From the NCBI GenBank assembly GCA_965217775.1, contig CBDCJH010000002.1:1312001-1376000 (forward strand): 64,000 nt of DNA. Reading direction: 5' to 3'. The DNA is from Acidobacteriota bacterium (GTDB lineage: Bacteria; Acidobacteriota; UBA6911; RPQK01; JAJDTT01). The position numbers were made by a program, and so were the translations under genes. Positions 19,652 through 29,632 of this stretch are shown here, one piece after another. Under the pieces are notes generated by a model, which worked only from the letters and a program-made list of their open reading frames with translations, made no database searches and was not told the DNA's origin. Numbering within the stretch: position 1 is the stretch's first letter; every line of letters begins with the position of its first letter.

Positions 19652-20077
19652 TCAGTCCTCCTTGGCGGCCTGCTTGAAGACCAGCCAATTGCTGGAAAAG
19701 TAGTTCAACGTGGAGCAGGAGGCGATGGCCAGCAGGTTTGCCGGCAGGTAATGGAGATTCAGGCCGGCCACCAGGAGTTCCATCAGAAACAGGTTCTGGA
19801 CGATGGAGACGGTGCCGACCGTCATATTGAATCGGAGCAACCGACCCCAAACGTTCGTATTCGCTGTTGCCGTGCGGTCCGACCAGGTCCAACGGTCATG
19901 CCAGCAGAAGTTGTGCAACACCGCCATCTCCACGGCCAGGGCTGTGGCCGGCAGGTAATGCAGGTTCCAGACTCCGCGCAGAAACATGAGCACCGTGATC
20001 TGAACCATCACTCCCATCAGACCGACGGCGTTGAAACGTGCCCAGCGAATCAAATGTTCCATCTCAGCCGTCCTCAC
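19652..20077 (-). CDS. GtrA family protein
   Basis: RFNAVG, HNFCWHDRWTW, NYFSSNWLVF; 4 TM segments. Confidence 0.88.
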   Translation of the reverse strand: MRTAEMEHLIRWARFNAVGLMGVMVQITVLMFLRGVWNLHYLPATALAVEMAVLHNFCWHDRWTWSDRTATANTNVWGRLLRFNMTVGTVSIVQNLFLMELLVAGLNLHYLPANLLAIASCSTLNYFSSNWLVFKQAAKED

Positions 20078-20850
20078 ACCCGGTCCCGGTGAGATCTGGG
20101 GAAAGCGGATCCGATCGGACCAAATCCGGTCGAGGGGAACCGGGGCAAGCTGATGGGGAGGGGAGGTTGCACCCGTGGCCGGGGTTCGGCGCGGTACAAC
20201 TTTCGAGTATGCCGGAGGGCGGAGACGGTGAACGTCAGCACCAGACCCAGGATTCCGACCAGGCCCCCGACGTCGAAGAGATTGAAGGTTCCCAGTTCTC
20301 CCAGTCCGACCACTGGCTTGTAGAAGAGAAATACCGTGCCCGCGGCCAGCAAGAGTCGCAGTTCGGTCGGTCCCACCTTCAGGAAGGAGAGCCGAAAGAC
20401 CCCCAGGACATGAGTGGCGAGATAGATCTCGGCAGAGACCATCAGATACGCGATCAGCAGGCCGAGTCCGATGACGGGGTTCATGAATTCGGAAGCGGCG
20501 AGGCCTCCCAGGAGAAACAGTGTCCCCACCAGGTCCAGGACGTGATCGACGTAATAGCCGTAACGCGGCCGTTGCTGTTTACGGATCCGGGCCAGGGTGC
20601 CGTCCAGGCTGTCTCCGAACCAGTTCAGAACCAGGCCCGCTACGACGAAGATCAAGGCCCGCTGGTCCCAGGATGCGGCCCAGAAGGAAAGGCCCACTCC
20701 CAGCATCGCCAGGACTCCCAGCAGGCTCAGATGGTCCGCGTTGACCCAGGCCGGAAGTCGCCGGGCGATCCGGACCAGAAGTCTTTTTTCGGCGGAGGCC
20801 AGAATGCTGTCGTGGTGCCGAACGTGTTTGAAACCCTTTTGTCTCTCCAT
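20074..20850 (-). CDS. CDP-alcohol phosphatidyltransferase family protein
   Basis: Signature DSLDGTLAR...YGYYVDHVLD; GPTELR. Confidence 0.9.
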   Translation of the reverse strand: MERQKGFKHVRHHDSILASAEKRLLVRIARRLPAWVNADHLSLLGVLAMLGVGLSFWAASWDQRALIFVVAGLVLNWFGDSLDGTLARIRKQQRPRYGYYVDHVLDLVGTLFLLGGLAASEFMNPVIGLGLLIAYLMVSAEIYLATHVLGVFRLSFLKVGPTELRLLLAAGTVFLFYKPVVGLGELGTFNLFDVGGLVGILGLVLTFTVSALRHTRKLYRAEPRPRVQPPLPISLPRFPSTGFGPIGSAFPRSHRDRV

Positions 20851-20960
20851 GAAACCTCCTCTTCGGTTCTAGTCAGCAGCCCGTGAACTGCCAAGTTGTT
20901 CGCCGGCAGCGATCGGCCGCACTGACTGGGAATGTGAGAAAGTCGGGAAAAAGGGCTCAA

Positions 20961-21254
20961 CAGCCCGTGACAGGAGTCCTCACGGCATTCGACCGGGTCT
21001 GCATCCCGGCGGACTGCGTTGCTCCTCGGTCACAGACTCCCGGCATGCTCCCTCAGCCCGCATTTCTCACCAGGTCGCTACCCGTATGATGAAAAAGAAC
21101 CTGTTTTTGAGCATTTACGCGAATTTGTCCAAGGGTTCTCCGGGACAGACTGCGCGCTCGTCACGCCCCCTGGTGAGAAATGCGGGCTCAGAGCGCCTTG
21201 TCCGGCGGGCGCAGCCCCGGTCTCGATGCTACGCGGGACTCCTGCCACGGGCTG
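20961..21254. mobile_element. MITE family A, copy 1, interrupted by a nested MITE
   Basis: Inverted ends AACAGCCCGTGACAGGAGTCC (20959-20979) and GGACTCCTGCCACGGGCTGTT (21236-21256), one mismatch. Body aligns with 47071-47228. Confidence 0.8.
21057..21186. mobile_element. MITE family B (130 bp) nested in MITE A
   Basis: Perfect 18-bp TIR CCCGCATTTCTCACCAGG (21057-21074 and 21169-21186) with a 5-bp direct repeat CTCAG at 21052-21056 and 21187-21191. Absent from the 47071 copy. Confidence 0.85.
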
Positions 21255-22796
21255 TTAGCCCAGGTTGGAGGATCGGTTGGGTGAAGTTGGGACGGGAGGC
21301 ATTCCCGGCGTGAAAACGGCGCGCTCGGTGGCCGGCTCGACCACCAGGAAGACCACCGTGTAACTGACGGCAACGGCAGCCAGACAGCCGGCGAGGAGTT
21401 GTTCCTGGGTGACGATCAGGGCGGACCCAAGGAGAAGACACAGAGAGAAGAGTCCATCGACCCGTTGTTTCCACCCGCCGACCCGGTTCAGTTCCGCTTC
21501 GATGGCGGATCGGTTGAATCGTGCGGTGAACAGGAGGTGGGTGCGGATGGTGCCGTTGCACAGGGCACAGCCCAGCACCAGAAAGAAAAGGACCAGGGGC
21601 AACAACTGGACGCCGGGCGGCCGGGAGGCGGCCTGTTTGAATTCCCAGGCTCCGTACACCATCAGGGCGTAAAGCAGGATCACGGCAGCCTGGTGGAAGA
21701 CCCACCAACCGCCCTGAAGCGATTCCCGGGACGCGAAAGCTTCCTGGGGTTTGCCTCTGAGGTCCGATTCCAGGCGCTGCACCTGTTCCAGGAGTTCCTC
21801 GGTGGACGGAAAACGGTCGGACGGATCCTTTTCGAGACAACGCAAGAGGATCGGTTCCAGCACGGAGGGCGGTCCGATGGCGTCCGTCCGTCCGGGTCTG
21901 CTCTCCAGGATCCTGGCCACCGTCGCGAGAGGCGTCTTGCCTTCGAATGGGTGACGTCCGGTGGCCAGCTCGTACAAGAGCACTCCGAACGAGAAAATGT
22001 CGGAGCGGAAATCGGCTTCCTGACCCTCCAGTTGTTCCGGAGCCATGTAGACGGGGGTTCCCAGAACGGCTCCGGCCTGGGTCAAACGTTGGCTCTGAGA
22101 GGGTTCGAGTGTGGGAAGAGCCAAACCGAAGTCGACGATTTTCAGATTGCCTTCGACGTCCAATAGAATGTTCTCGGGTTTGAGATCTCGATGAATCACG
22201 CCGTTGGAGTGGGCGGCCACCAGGCCCCTGCACACCTGCGTGGCCACCCGCAGGAGTTCGGGGAGGGGAAGCGGCCCCTGTTCGATTCGTGATCTCAGAT
22301 TTTCCCCCTCGACGTACTCACCGGCGATGAATAGTCCGTCATCGAATTCCTCCAAGGCATAGACGGCGGCGATGGCGGGATGATTCAGGGAAGCCGCGAC
22401 CTTGGCCTCACGGCGAAGCCGCCGGCGTTGTTCGTGGTTGCGGCCCAGCAGGGGAGAGACGGCCTTGAGAGCCACGGTGCGGTCCAGACGGGTGTCGAGG
22501 GCACGGTAGACGACGCCCATTCCACCCCGCCCGGCCTCCCCGAGAATCCGGTACGGGCCCAGCGTGTCCCCTTCGGTGAGGAGGCGCGCTGTTGCTTCCG
22601 GAGAGTCCTCTTGAAACAGGTCCCCTTCCAGGAAGGTGGCGTCGGGATCGTGGTGGGACAGAAGCGACAGGACCTCCCGGGTCAGGTCCGTATCGGGGGA
22701 ACATTCCCGCCGGACAAAAGCCTCCCGCGATTCCGAACCCTGTTCCAGGGCGGCTTCGAAGATCTCCTTGACTCGCCGAAACGTTTTCGGATTCAC
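21255..22796 (-). CDS. Hanks-type Ser/Thr protein kinase with C-terminal TM helices
   Basis: GRGGMGVVY, VALK, HRDLKPEN, DFGLA, GTPVYMAPE, SDIFSFG. The GTG start overlaps the sigma stop (GTGA). Confidence 0.92.
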   Translation of the reverse strand: MNPKTFRRVKEIFEAALEQGSESREAFVRRECSPDTDLTREVLSLLSHHDPDATFLEGDLFQEDSPEATARLLTEGDTLGPYRILGEAGRGGMGVVYRALDTRLDRTVALKAVSPLLGRNHEQRRRLRREAKVAASLNHPAIAAVYALEEFDDGLFIAGEYVEGENLRSRIEQGPLPLPELLRVATQVCRGLVAAHSNGVIHRDLKPENILLDVEGNLKIVDFGLALPTLEPSQSQRLTQAGAVLGTPVYMAPEQLEGQEADFRSDIFSFGVLLYELATGRHPFEGKTPLATVARILESRPGRTDAIGPPSVLEPILLRCLEKDPSDRFPSTEELLEQVQRLESDLRGKPQEAFASRESLQGGWWVFHQAAVILLYALMVYGAWEFKQAASRPPGVQLLPLVLFFLVLGCALCNGTIRTHLLFTARFNRSAIEAELNRVGGWKQRVDGLFSLCLLLGSALIVTQEQLLAGCLAAVAVSYTVVFLVVEPATERAVFTPGMPPVPTSPNRSSNLG

Positions 22797-23413
22797 GCAC
22801 TCAACTCGCGTCGCAACCAAGCCCTGGAGAGGGCCCACCAACGTTTGGTGGTGGCGGGTGAAATGCCCATGACCTCGCTGGTCTCGGCCAGGGTCAGACC
22901 CCCGAAGAACCTGAGCTCGACCAGTTGGGCCTGTTTCGGGTCCAACTCGGCAAGAGTCCGGAGGGCCTGGTCCAGCGCCAGGAAATCGATGGATCGAGCG
23001 CTCCGGCCCAGGGTCTCGTCGATCAGGGTGACTGCATGCTGCCCGCCGCCCCGCTTCTGGGCCATTCTGGCCCGCGCCCGCTCCACCAGAATCTGCCGCA
23101 TGGAACGGGCCGCGATACCCAGCAGATGGGCCCTGTCCTTCCAATGCAACCGCTTTTCGCCGAGTAGACGAAGGTACGCTTCGTGGACCAGGGCCGTGGC
23201 GCGTAACGTCTGGCGGGCTTCCCGGCGCATGTACATCGCGGCCAGCCCTCTCAATTCCCGGTAGACGACAGGGAAGAGTCGAGAAAGCGCGTGCTCGTTT
23301 CCGGACCTGGATTCCCGGATCAGACGCGCCACCAGTTGCGAATTGTCGGGCACGAACTCACTCCCTGCCGCCGGGGAATCGCGTCCCACGTCGCCCCGCA
23401 ATCCGGCGGCCAA
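22793..23413 (-). CDS. ECF sigma factor (kinase-associated, Planctomycete/Acidobacteria type); start uncertain
   Basis: VYRELRGLA, TALVHEAYLRL, MRQILVERAR, KRGG, VELRFFGGLT, W..SRAWL. Confidence 0.9.
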   Translation of the reverse strand: MAAGLRGDVGRDSPAAGSEFVPDNSQLVARLIRESRSGNEHALSRLFPVVYRELRGLAAMYMRREARQTLRATALVHEAYLRLLGEKRLHWKDRAHLLGIAARSMRQILVERARARMAQKRGGGQHAVTLIDETLGRSARSIDFLALDQALRTLAELDPKQAQLVELRFFGGLTLAETSEVMGISPATTKRWWALSRAWLRRELSA

Positions 23414-23499
23414 CGGCCATCATATCAGCCGCGGTTCTCATCGCAGTCGCGGGAAACCTCCGGTCACTCCGTCAAGATTCCCGAACATCCCTTGCTCTC

Positions 23500-24324
23500 T
23501 CACTCCCCGCTCCTCACTCCTCCTTCGGCCCTGTCCATCACCGCCTGACGAGTGCCCCGGAGGGTGTTTCGGAGAGCCTGCCGGGGGACACTTGACACGA
23601 GCGGTTTGAACATCCATCGGAGCGCAAAGCGAATCCTCCGGGAGAGGGATACGGCCCAACACTCGGCGACGACGCCTCCCTCCCTCTGTTCCAGGTGCCA
23701 ATAGGCGTTCAGGCGCCACATGAAACCTCGGTCGTCCCCCACAGGCAGTTCTCGCTCCTTCGGCTTTCCCGCGTCTTTGACCTCGGCGATTCTGGTGCTT
23801 GTCGACACCCCCCTCCAGCGTTCCGGGGACACCTGGGTGTAGACGACTTCGTGCTCCGTGTTGAGGATCACGGTGAGGAGCTTCTTCATCCTGAGGCGCT
23901 GGTACCCTCGAAGCCTGTCGCCGTCACGGTGCAGGAGCCTGGAATCCAGAACCTCCGGGTACCATTCCTTGTGACGTTCGAAATCCATCAGCACCGACAG
24001 CACGTCTGCGGATGCGGCGCCGGGGATGAATACGGCCCCCAGCCAGACGTGGATCCGGCCTCCAGGGACTTCAGGCAGATCTTTCAGTTCGTCGATCAAT
24101 ATCTGCCCTCGCTTCAGGGCGGCCCGATGCTCGGGGTCCTGATCAAACCAGAGGAAGGGCATTTCCCCGCTGATTCGCTTTTCAAAAGTCGCTTCCAGGT
24201 TCCGTACGTATTGTTCGTATCCCTGGACTGTCTCCGGTTTCACCTTGACCCCGGCTTGCGCCCATTCCCCCATGGTCAGGAGGAGAATGGCGGCGGCGTG
24301 AAGTTTCAGGCATCTCGAATTCAC
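23500..24324 (-). CDS. Secreted conserved hypothetical protein, paralog of 18760-19650
   Basis: VKPETV, VPGGRIHVWLGAVFIPG, LNTEH, STRIAE, DRGFMWRLNAYW, ECWAVSLSR. Confidence 0.65.
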   Translation of the reverse strand: MNSRCLKLHAAAILLLTMGEWAQAGVKVKPETVQGYEQYVRNLEATFEKRISGEMPFLWFDQDPEHRAALKRGQILIDELKDLPEVPGGRIHVWLGAVFIPGAASADVLSVLMDFERHKEWYPEVLDSRLLHRDGDRLRGYQRLRMKKLLTVILNTEHEVVYTQVSPERWRGVSTSTRIAEVKDAGKPKERELPVGDDRGFMWRLNAYWHLEQREGGVVAECWAVSLSRRIRFALRWMFKPLVSSVPRQALRNTLRGTRQAVMDRAEGGVRSGE

Positions 24325-24524
24325 AGGATCCCGCTCCCGAAGACGACGCTGATGTATTCCTCCCGGCAACCGGTGCGCCAAGCTTGGGCTTTCCGGGAAA
24401 ATAGTACGATATTCTTTCGAAACAGGGATGCAGGATCGACCCTTCGTCACCTGCCGTTGCGTCTCCGGGTCCTCGGTTGGAACACTTCCATCGAGTGTGT
24501 GATGATTTCCATTGCGGGTTCCAC

Positions 24525-27500
24525 ATGCATCTGAGCCGGTTGTTTCCCAGCCTACCGCTGATACTCGTGTTGGGGCCCGCGGGAGCCGGATCCTCGCCCG
24601 AACGAGTCGATTTCATCCGCGAGGTGGAGCCCATCCTCAAGGAGAACTGCCACGCGTGCCACGGCGAGCGCGTCCAGTCGGGTGGACTACGGCTGGATTC
24701 CCGTAAGACAGCTTGGCAGGGTGGGGCATCGGGCCGGGCGCCCATCGTCCCCGGGCGCAGCCGGGACAGTCTTCTGATTCAAGTGTTGACTGCGAGCGAT
24801 TCCTCCGATATCCGGCGAATGCCGGCCTTCGCCGACCCGCTTCCCGGAAGCGAGATCGATCTCATCCGCCGTTGGATCGACCAGGGCGCCGAATGGCCCG
24901 AGGAGAAGGCATCCCGGGATCAGGGCCACTGGGCCTTCGTCCGTCCGCAACCTCCCGCGCCGCCCTCCTCGGAACCCAATGAACGGGTCCGCAATCCGAT
25001 CGACAGTTTCATTCTGGAACGGCTGGAAGCCGAGGATTTGACCCCTTCTCCCGAGGCTTCCCGCGAAACGCTGGCGCGCCGCCTCCACCTGGATCTCATC
25101 GGGTTGCCTCCCACCCTTTCGGAACTGGATCGGTTCCTCCGGGACGGCGAACCGGGCGCCTACGAGAGGATGGTGGACCGGTTGTTGGCGTCTCCGCATT
25201 TCGGGGAGCGTTGGGCTCGCGACTGGTTGGACGTGGCTCGTTACGCGGATACGAACGGGTACGAGAAAGACCGGGTCCGTTCCATCTGGCCGTATCGGGA
25301 CTGGGTCATCCGCGCGCTGAACAGAGACCTTCCCTTCGACCGCTTCGTGGTGGATCAACTTGCTGGGGACATGGTGCCGGACGGCGGCCTGGAAGAGCGG
25401 ATTGCCACCGGATTCCATCGCAACACCATGCTCAACGAGGAGGGTGGTATCGATGTCGAGGAGTTTCGGTTCGCCTCCGTGGTGGACCGGGTCAACACCA
25501 CGGCGGGGGCGTTTCTGGGCCTGACGCTGGCCTGCGCCCAGTGCCACGACCACAAGTACGATCCCATCTCCCAGACGGAGTACTACCGATTCTTCGCCTT
25601 TCTGAACAATGCGGACGAACCGGAATTGAAGGTCCCGGACCGGGGGGTCGCCGAGAAGCGGAGGCAGATCCAGGACCGAATCGACTCCCTGGAGTCTCGG
25701 CTCTCCGCGAAGTTTCCGCCGTATGGCCTCCGAAGCGTCTGGGACACCACGCCGCCTCGCGTGGTCACCTCGTCGGGAGGTGCGCGCCTCAAACGGCGCC
25801 GGGACGGGTCCATCGAAGTTTCGGGTCCGAATTCGGAGCAGGAGGTCTATCAGTGGACGGCTCGCCCGGAGAATCGTGTGGACCAGCTCCGACTCGAGGT
25901 TTTTCATAACCCGGCCGGCTCTCCTCAGGGTCCCGGACGCGGGGAAAGAGGGGAGGCCATTCTCTCCGAAATCGAACTTCATCTGATAGACCGCGGCGAC
26001 GGCTCGCTGCGCCGGTTGGTCCTGGAAGAACCGGCGGCCACCTTGTCACGCAAGGACTTCGAGGTCTCCAAGGCTCTCGACGGCGATCCCGAAACCGGCT
26101 GGGGACTGTCCCGGACCTATGGCCACCACTGGTCCGTCTTTCGCTTGGAAGAACCTCGACGCTTGGCGCCTGCGGAGGATCTGGTCGTCACCCTGAAGCA
26201 ACTGGCGGGGGGTGGGAAGAACCTGAGCCGGTTTCGGATCTCCCCGGGGCGGGAACATCGGACCCACTATCACCCCGATCTTTCGGAGCCGGAGCAGAGG
26301 AGCCGGCATCTGGCGGGGAAATACGAGGCCTGGAAGCAGGAGGCTCGCCGCCTGGTTCGAACCTGGTCGGTCCGTCGTCCACTGAATCCGGTCTCCGAGA
26401 AATCGGCCACGCTCACGGTGCTGGGGGACGAGTCGGTCCTGGCCGGCGGCGACCGTCCCAATTCAGACACGTATTCCTTCGAGATCGAGCCCGGTCTGCC
26501 TGCCGTCACCGGTCTACGGATCGAATTCCTGGGTCACGAAAGCCTGCCCGGAGGAGGCCCCGGCCGGGGGACCGCCTCGGAGGAGGGCAACTTCATGCTC
26601 AGCGAGATCGCGGTCCGGGGTGTTTCCGCCTCGGCGCCGGAGGGATCGAGCCCTTACCCGTTCCGGCGAGCCGCCGCGGACTCGTTTCATCGGCATTTGC
26701 ATCCGGGGATGACCCTGGATGGAGACCGGCAGACCGGCTGGTCCCCCGACCGGGAACGGGGAATGCCGCAGAGCATCGTCTACGAGTTCCAGGAACCGGT
26801 CACCATGGCCGACGGCGAGCGACTCGGGGTGACCCTGGCACAGAACCACATTCACACTCATACCATCGGGCGTTTTCGGGTATTCCTGTCGGACGGCAAA
26901 TCCCCGTTGTTGAATTCGGGTCTGCCATTGCGGATCGAGTCGATCCTGTCGGCTTCACCCGATGCCGTGACGCGCGATGACCGGCAGGCTCTCCTCCGGC
27001 ACTTCCTTTCGGTGGCTCCGGAACTCCTCAAGGAGTACGAAGAGATCAGGGCGCTCCGGAAGACGATGCCCGACCACCCCACGACTCTGGTCATGGCGGA
27101 TCGCACCAGTCCACGGACGACCCGCATCCGTCATCGTGGGGAATTTCTCGAGCCTCGGGACCAGGTCGGCCCGGGCGTGCCGGCGGTGCTCCATCCATGG
27201 CCGGCGGACCAGATACGGGACCGGCTCACCTTCGCCCGCTGGCTGGTCAGCGGGGAGAATCCGCTCCTGGCTCGCGTCGTCATGAATCGCCTCTGGTCCA
27301 GCTACTTCGGGCGAGGCCTGGTCGCCACCATCAACGATTTCGGTCTGCGGGGCAGCCTTCCGTCCCATCCGAGACTGCTGGACTGGCTGGCGGTCGAATT
27401 CATGGCGCAGGGTTGGAGCATGAAGGCGATGCACCGGCAGATCGTCTTGTCTTCGAGCTACCGGCAATCGTCGAGGGTGACGCCGGAACTGCTGGAGAAG

Positions 27501-28145
27501 GACCCGGAGAACGCCCTGTACGCCCGGGGGCCGCGATTTCGGGTCGGAGCGGAGACGATTCGGGACATCGCCTTGGCGGTCGGCGGACTTCTGAGCCCGA
27601 AGATGGGTGGCCCCAGCGTGTTCCCTCCGCAACCGGCCGGCGTGGCGGACCTGATCTTCGGTGAGAAGAAGTGGAAGGTGAGCGAAGGCGAGGATCGGTA
27701 CCGGCGGGGACTATATACCTTCTGGAAGCGGACCGTTCCCTATCCGGCCTTCACCACCTTCGACGCACCCCAGGGGGAGACCATCTGTCTTCGCCGGGAA
27801 CGTTCCAACACGCCGCTGCAGGCCCTGACGCTTCTCAACGACCCGGTCTACGTGGAAGCGGCCCGGGGGTTCGCTCTCAGGATTCTCCAAGACTCGCCGG
27901 AACCGGAGCGAATCGACTATGCTTTCCGGCGATGCCTCTCCCGGCCACCGGATCGCTTCGAGTCGGGCGAGATCCGGTCCTACTACGAGGCTCAAATGGA
28001 ACGGATTCAGGCCGGCGGCCGGACTCAGGCTCAAGCGTCGGAGACCGGACCCGTTCCGGAGGGCGTGAACCGGGAGGAACTGGTGGCGTGGACCGCGGTG
28101 GCACGGGTGCTGTTGAACCTCGACCGGGCCATTTCCAAGGAGTAG
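24525..28145 (+). CDS. Planctomycete cytochrome c + DUF1549 + DUF1553 (PSD1) protein
   Basis: CHACH and CAQCHDHKYDP heme motifs, NPIDSFI, WLDVARYADT, PSHPRLLDWLA, SNTPLQALTLLN. Confidence 0.92.
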   Translation: MHLSRLFPSLPLILVLGPAGAGSSPERVDFIREVEPILKENCHACHGERVQSGGLRLDSRKTAWQGGASGRAPIVPGRSRDSLLIQVLTASDSSDIRRMPAFADPLPGSEIDLIRRWIDQGAEWPEEKASRDQGHWAFVRPQPPAPPSSEPNERVRNPIDSFILERLEAEDLTPSPEASRETLARRLHLDLIGLPPTLSELDRFLRDGEPGAYERMVDRLLASPHFGERWARDWLDVARYADTNGYEKDRVRSIWPYRDWVIRALNRDLPFDRFVVDQLAGDMVPDGGLEERIATGFHRNTMLNEEGGIDVEEFRFASVVDRVNTTAGAFLGLTLACAQCHDHKYDPISQTEYYRFFAFLNNADEPELKVPDRGVAEKRRQIQDRIDSLESRLSAKFPPYGLRSVWDTTPPRVVTSSGGARLKRRRDGSIEVSGPNSEQEVYQWTARPENRVDQLRLEVFHNPAGSPQGPGRGERGEAILSEIELHLIDRGDGSLRRLVLEEPAATLSRKDFEVSKALDGDPETGWGLSRTYGHHWSVFRLEEPRRLAPAEDLVVTLKQLAGGGKNLSRFRISPGREHRTHYHPDLSEPEQRSRHLAGKYEAWKQEARRLVRTWSVRRPLNPVSEKSATLTVLGDESVLAGGDRPNSDTYSFEIEPGLPAVTGLRIEFLGHESLPGGGPGRGTASEEGNFMLSEIAVRGVSASAPEGSSPYPFRRAAADSFHRHLHPGMTLDGDRQTGWSPDRERGMPQSIVYEFQEPVTMADGERLGVTLAQNHIHTHTIGRFRVFLSDGKSPLLNSGLPLRIESILSASPDAVTRDDRQALLRHFLSVAPELLKEYEEIRALRKTMPDHPTTLVMADRTSPRTTRIRHRGEFLEPRDQVGPGVPAVLHPWPADQIRDRLTFARWLVSGENPLLARVVMNRLWSSYFGRGLVATINDFGLRGSLPSHPRLLDWLAVEFMAQGWSMKAMHRQIVLSSSYRQSSRVTPELLEKDPENALYARGPRFRVGAETIRDIALAVGGLLSPKMGGPSVFPPQPAGVADLIFGEKKWKVSEGEDRYRRGLYTFWKRTVPYPAFTTFDAPQGETICLRRERSNTPLQALTLLNDPVYVEAARGFALRILQDSPEPERIDYAFRRCLSRPPDRFESGEIRSYYEAQMERIQAGGRTQAQASETGPVPEGVNREELVAWTAVARVLLNLDRAISKE

Positions 28146-28150
28146 ATCGA

Positions 28151-29581
28151 GTGCGGGATCGTTGGCTCCGAGATCTGACGCGAAGACATCTGTTCCGGGA
28201 ATGCGGAGTCGGTCTGGGCAAGATCGCCCTCACCGCCCTGTTGGCGGGACCCAGAGGGTTGGCGGCCGGTCCGGAACGGCCGCATCCCCGGACCCCACGG
28301 AAACCGCACTATGCGCCCCGGGTGGACCGGGTGATCTTCCTGTTCATGGCGGGGGCCCCCAGCCAGCTCGACCTCTTCGACTACAAGCCCGAGCTCCTCA
28401 AGTACGACGGGACTTCGGTTCCGCAGGAGGTGGTGCGCGACCAGCGTTACGCTTTCATCGAACGGGACGCCAACCTCATGGCCTCCCGCTTTTCCTTCAA
28501 ACGGCACGGGCAGTCGGGAGCCGAACTTTCGGAAGTCATTCCCCGGATCGCCGAGATGGCGGACGACCTAGTCTTCATCAAGTCGATGACCACCGACGTT
28601 TTCAATCACGCCCCGGCCCAGATCTTCATGAACACGGGCACTTCCCAACTGGGGCATCCCAGCCTGGGATCGTGGGTCACCTATGGCCTGGGAAGCGAAG
28701 CGGAGGACTTCCCCGGCTTCATCGTCCTGAGCACGGGAAACGGGACCAGCGGAGGACAAGCCAACTGGAGCTGTGGATTTCTTCCCACGGCATTCCAGGG
28801 CGTACCCTTCCGATCCCAGGGAGACCCGGTTCTCAACGTGAGCAATCCACCCGGGATCGACGATCGGCTCCAGCGGGACTCTCTGGACCTGCTGCGAAAA
28901 CTGAACCGGCACCACGCCGGCATCATCGGGGATCCTGAGATCTCCACGCGCATCAGTTCCTACGAATTGGCTTACCGGATGCAGAGCAGCGCTCCCGAGC
29001 TCATGGACCTCACGCAGGAGAGTCCGGCGACGCTGGAAATGTACGGTGCGACGGCCGGGGAGCCCTCGTTCGCCGGAAACTGCCTGTTGGCTCGGCGCCT
29101 GGTGGAACGGGGAGTCCGTTTCGTCAACGTCTATCATTCCGGCTGGGACCATCACTCCGATGTCAAGGGAGGTCTGATCAAACAGTGCGGACACACCGAT
29201 CAGGCCTCCGCCGCCCTGGTCCGCGACCTGAAGCAACGAGGGCTGTTGGAACGGACACTGGTGATCTGGGGAGGCGAGTTCGGCCGGACTCCCATGGTGG
29301 AAAGCAACTTGGCGCTGGGCCGAAAGATGGGCCGGGATCATCATCCCCAGGCCTTCACCATGTGGATGGCGGGGGGAGGCCTCAAAGTGGGCCGGACCAT
29401 CGGCCGCACCGACGATCTGGGATTCCACATCGTGGAGAATTCCATCCACGTGCACGACCTTCAGGCCACCATCCTGCACCTCCTGGGGTTCGACCACACG
29501 CGTTTGACGTTTCGTTTCAAGGGACGCGATTTTCGGCTGACGGACGTGGGAGGGCGAGTGATTCACGAAATCCTGGCGTGA
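28151..29581 (+). CDS. DUF1501 domain protein (Tat signal, sulfatase-like)
   Basis: TRRHLF, FMAGAPSQLDLFDYKP, ARRLVERGVRFV, WDHH, GEFGRTP, HVHDLQAT. Confidence 0.92.
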   Translation: MRDRWLRDLTRRHLFRECGVGLGKIALTALLAGPRGLAAGPERPHPRTPRKPHYAPRVDRVIFLFMAGAPSQLDLFDYKPELLKYDGTSVPQEVVRDQRYAFIERDANLMASRFSFKRHGQSGAELSEVIPRIAEMADDLVFIKSMTTDVFNHAPAQIFMNTGTSQLGHPSLGSWVTYGLGSEAEDFPGFIVLSTGNGTSGGQANWSCGFLPTAFQGVPFRSQGDPVLNVSNPPGIDDRLQRDSLDLLRKLNRHHAGIIGDPEISTRISSYELAYRMQSSAPELMDLTQESPATLEMYGATAGEPSFAGNCLLARRLVERGVRFVNVYHSGWDHHSDVKGGLIKQCGHTDQASAALVRDLKQRGLLERTLVIWGGEFGRTPMVESNLALGRKMGRDHHPQAFTMWMAGGGLKVGRTIGRTDDLGFHIVENSIHVHDLQATILHLLGFDHTRLTFRFKGRDFRLTDVGGRVIHEILA

Positions 29582-29632
29582 GCGTCCTTCTTCTCCTTGG
29601 CGACGCCGAATCTGTCTTGAAGTGAGATCGGT

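Noticed and set aside
20955-21258. Target-site duplication for MITE A copy 1
   Set aside because: The flanks (TCAA and TTAG) do not match, so no TSD is claimed for this copy.
24525-29581. DUF1549/1553 cytochrome plus DUF1501 pair as a novel system
   Set aside because: Its function is unknown, but it is a very common multi-copy pair in Planctomycetes and Acidobacteria and nothing here is distinctive.
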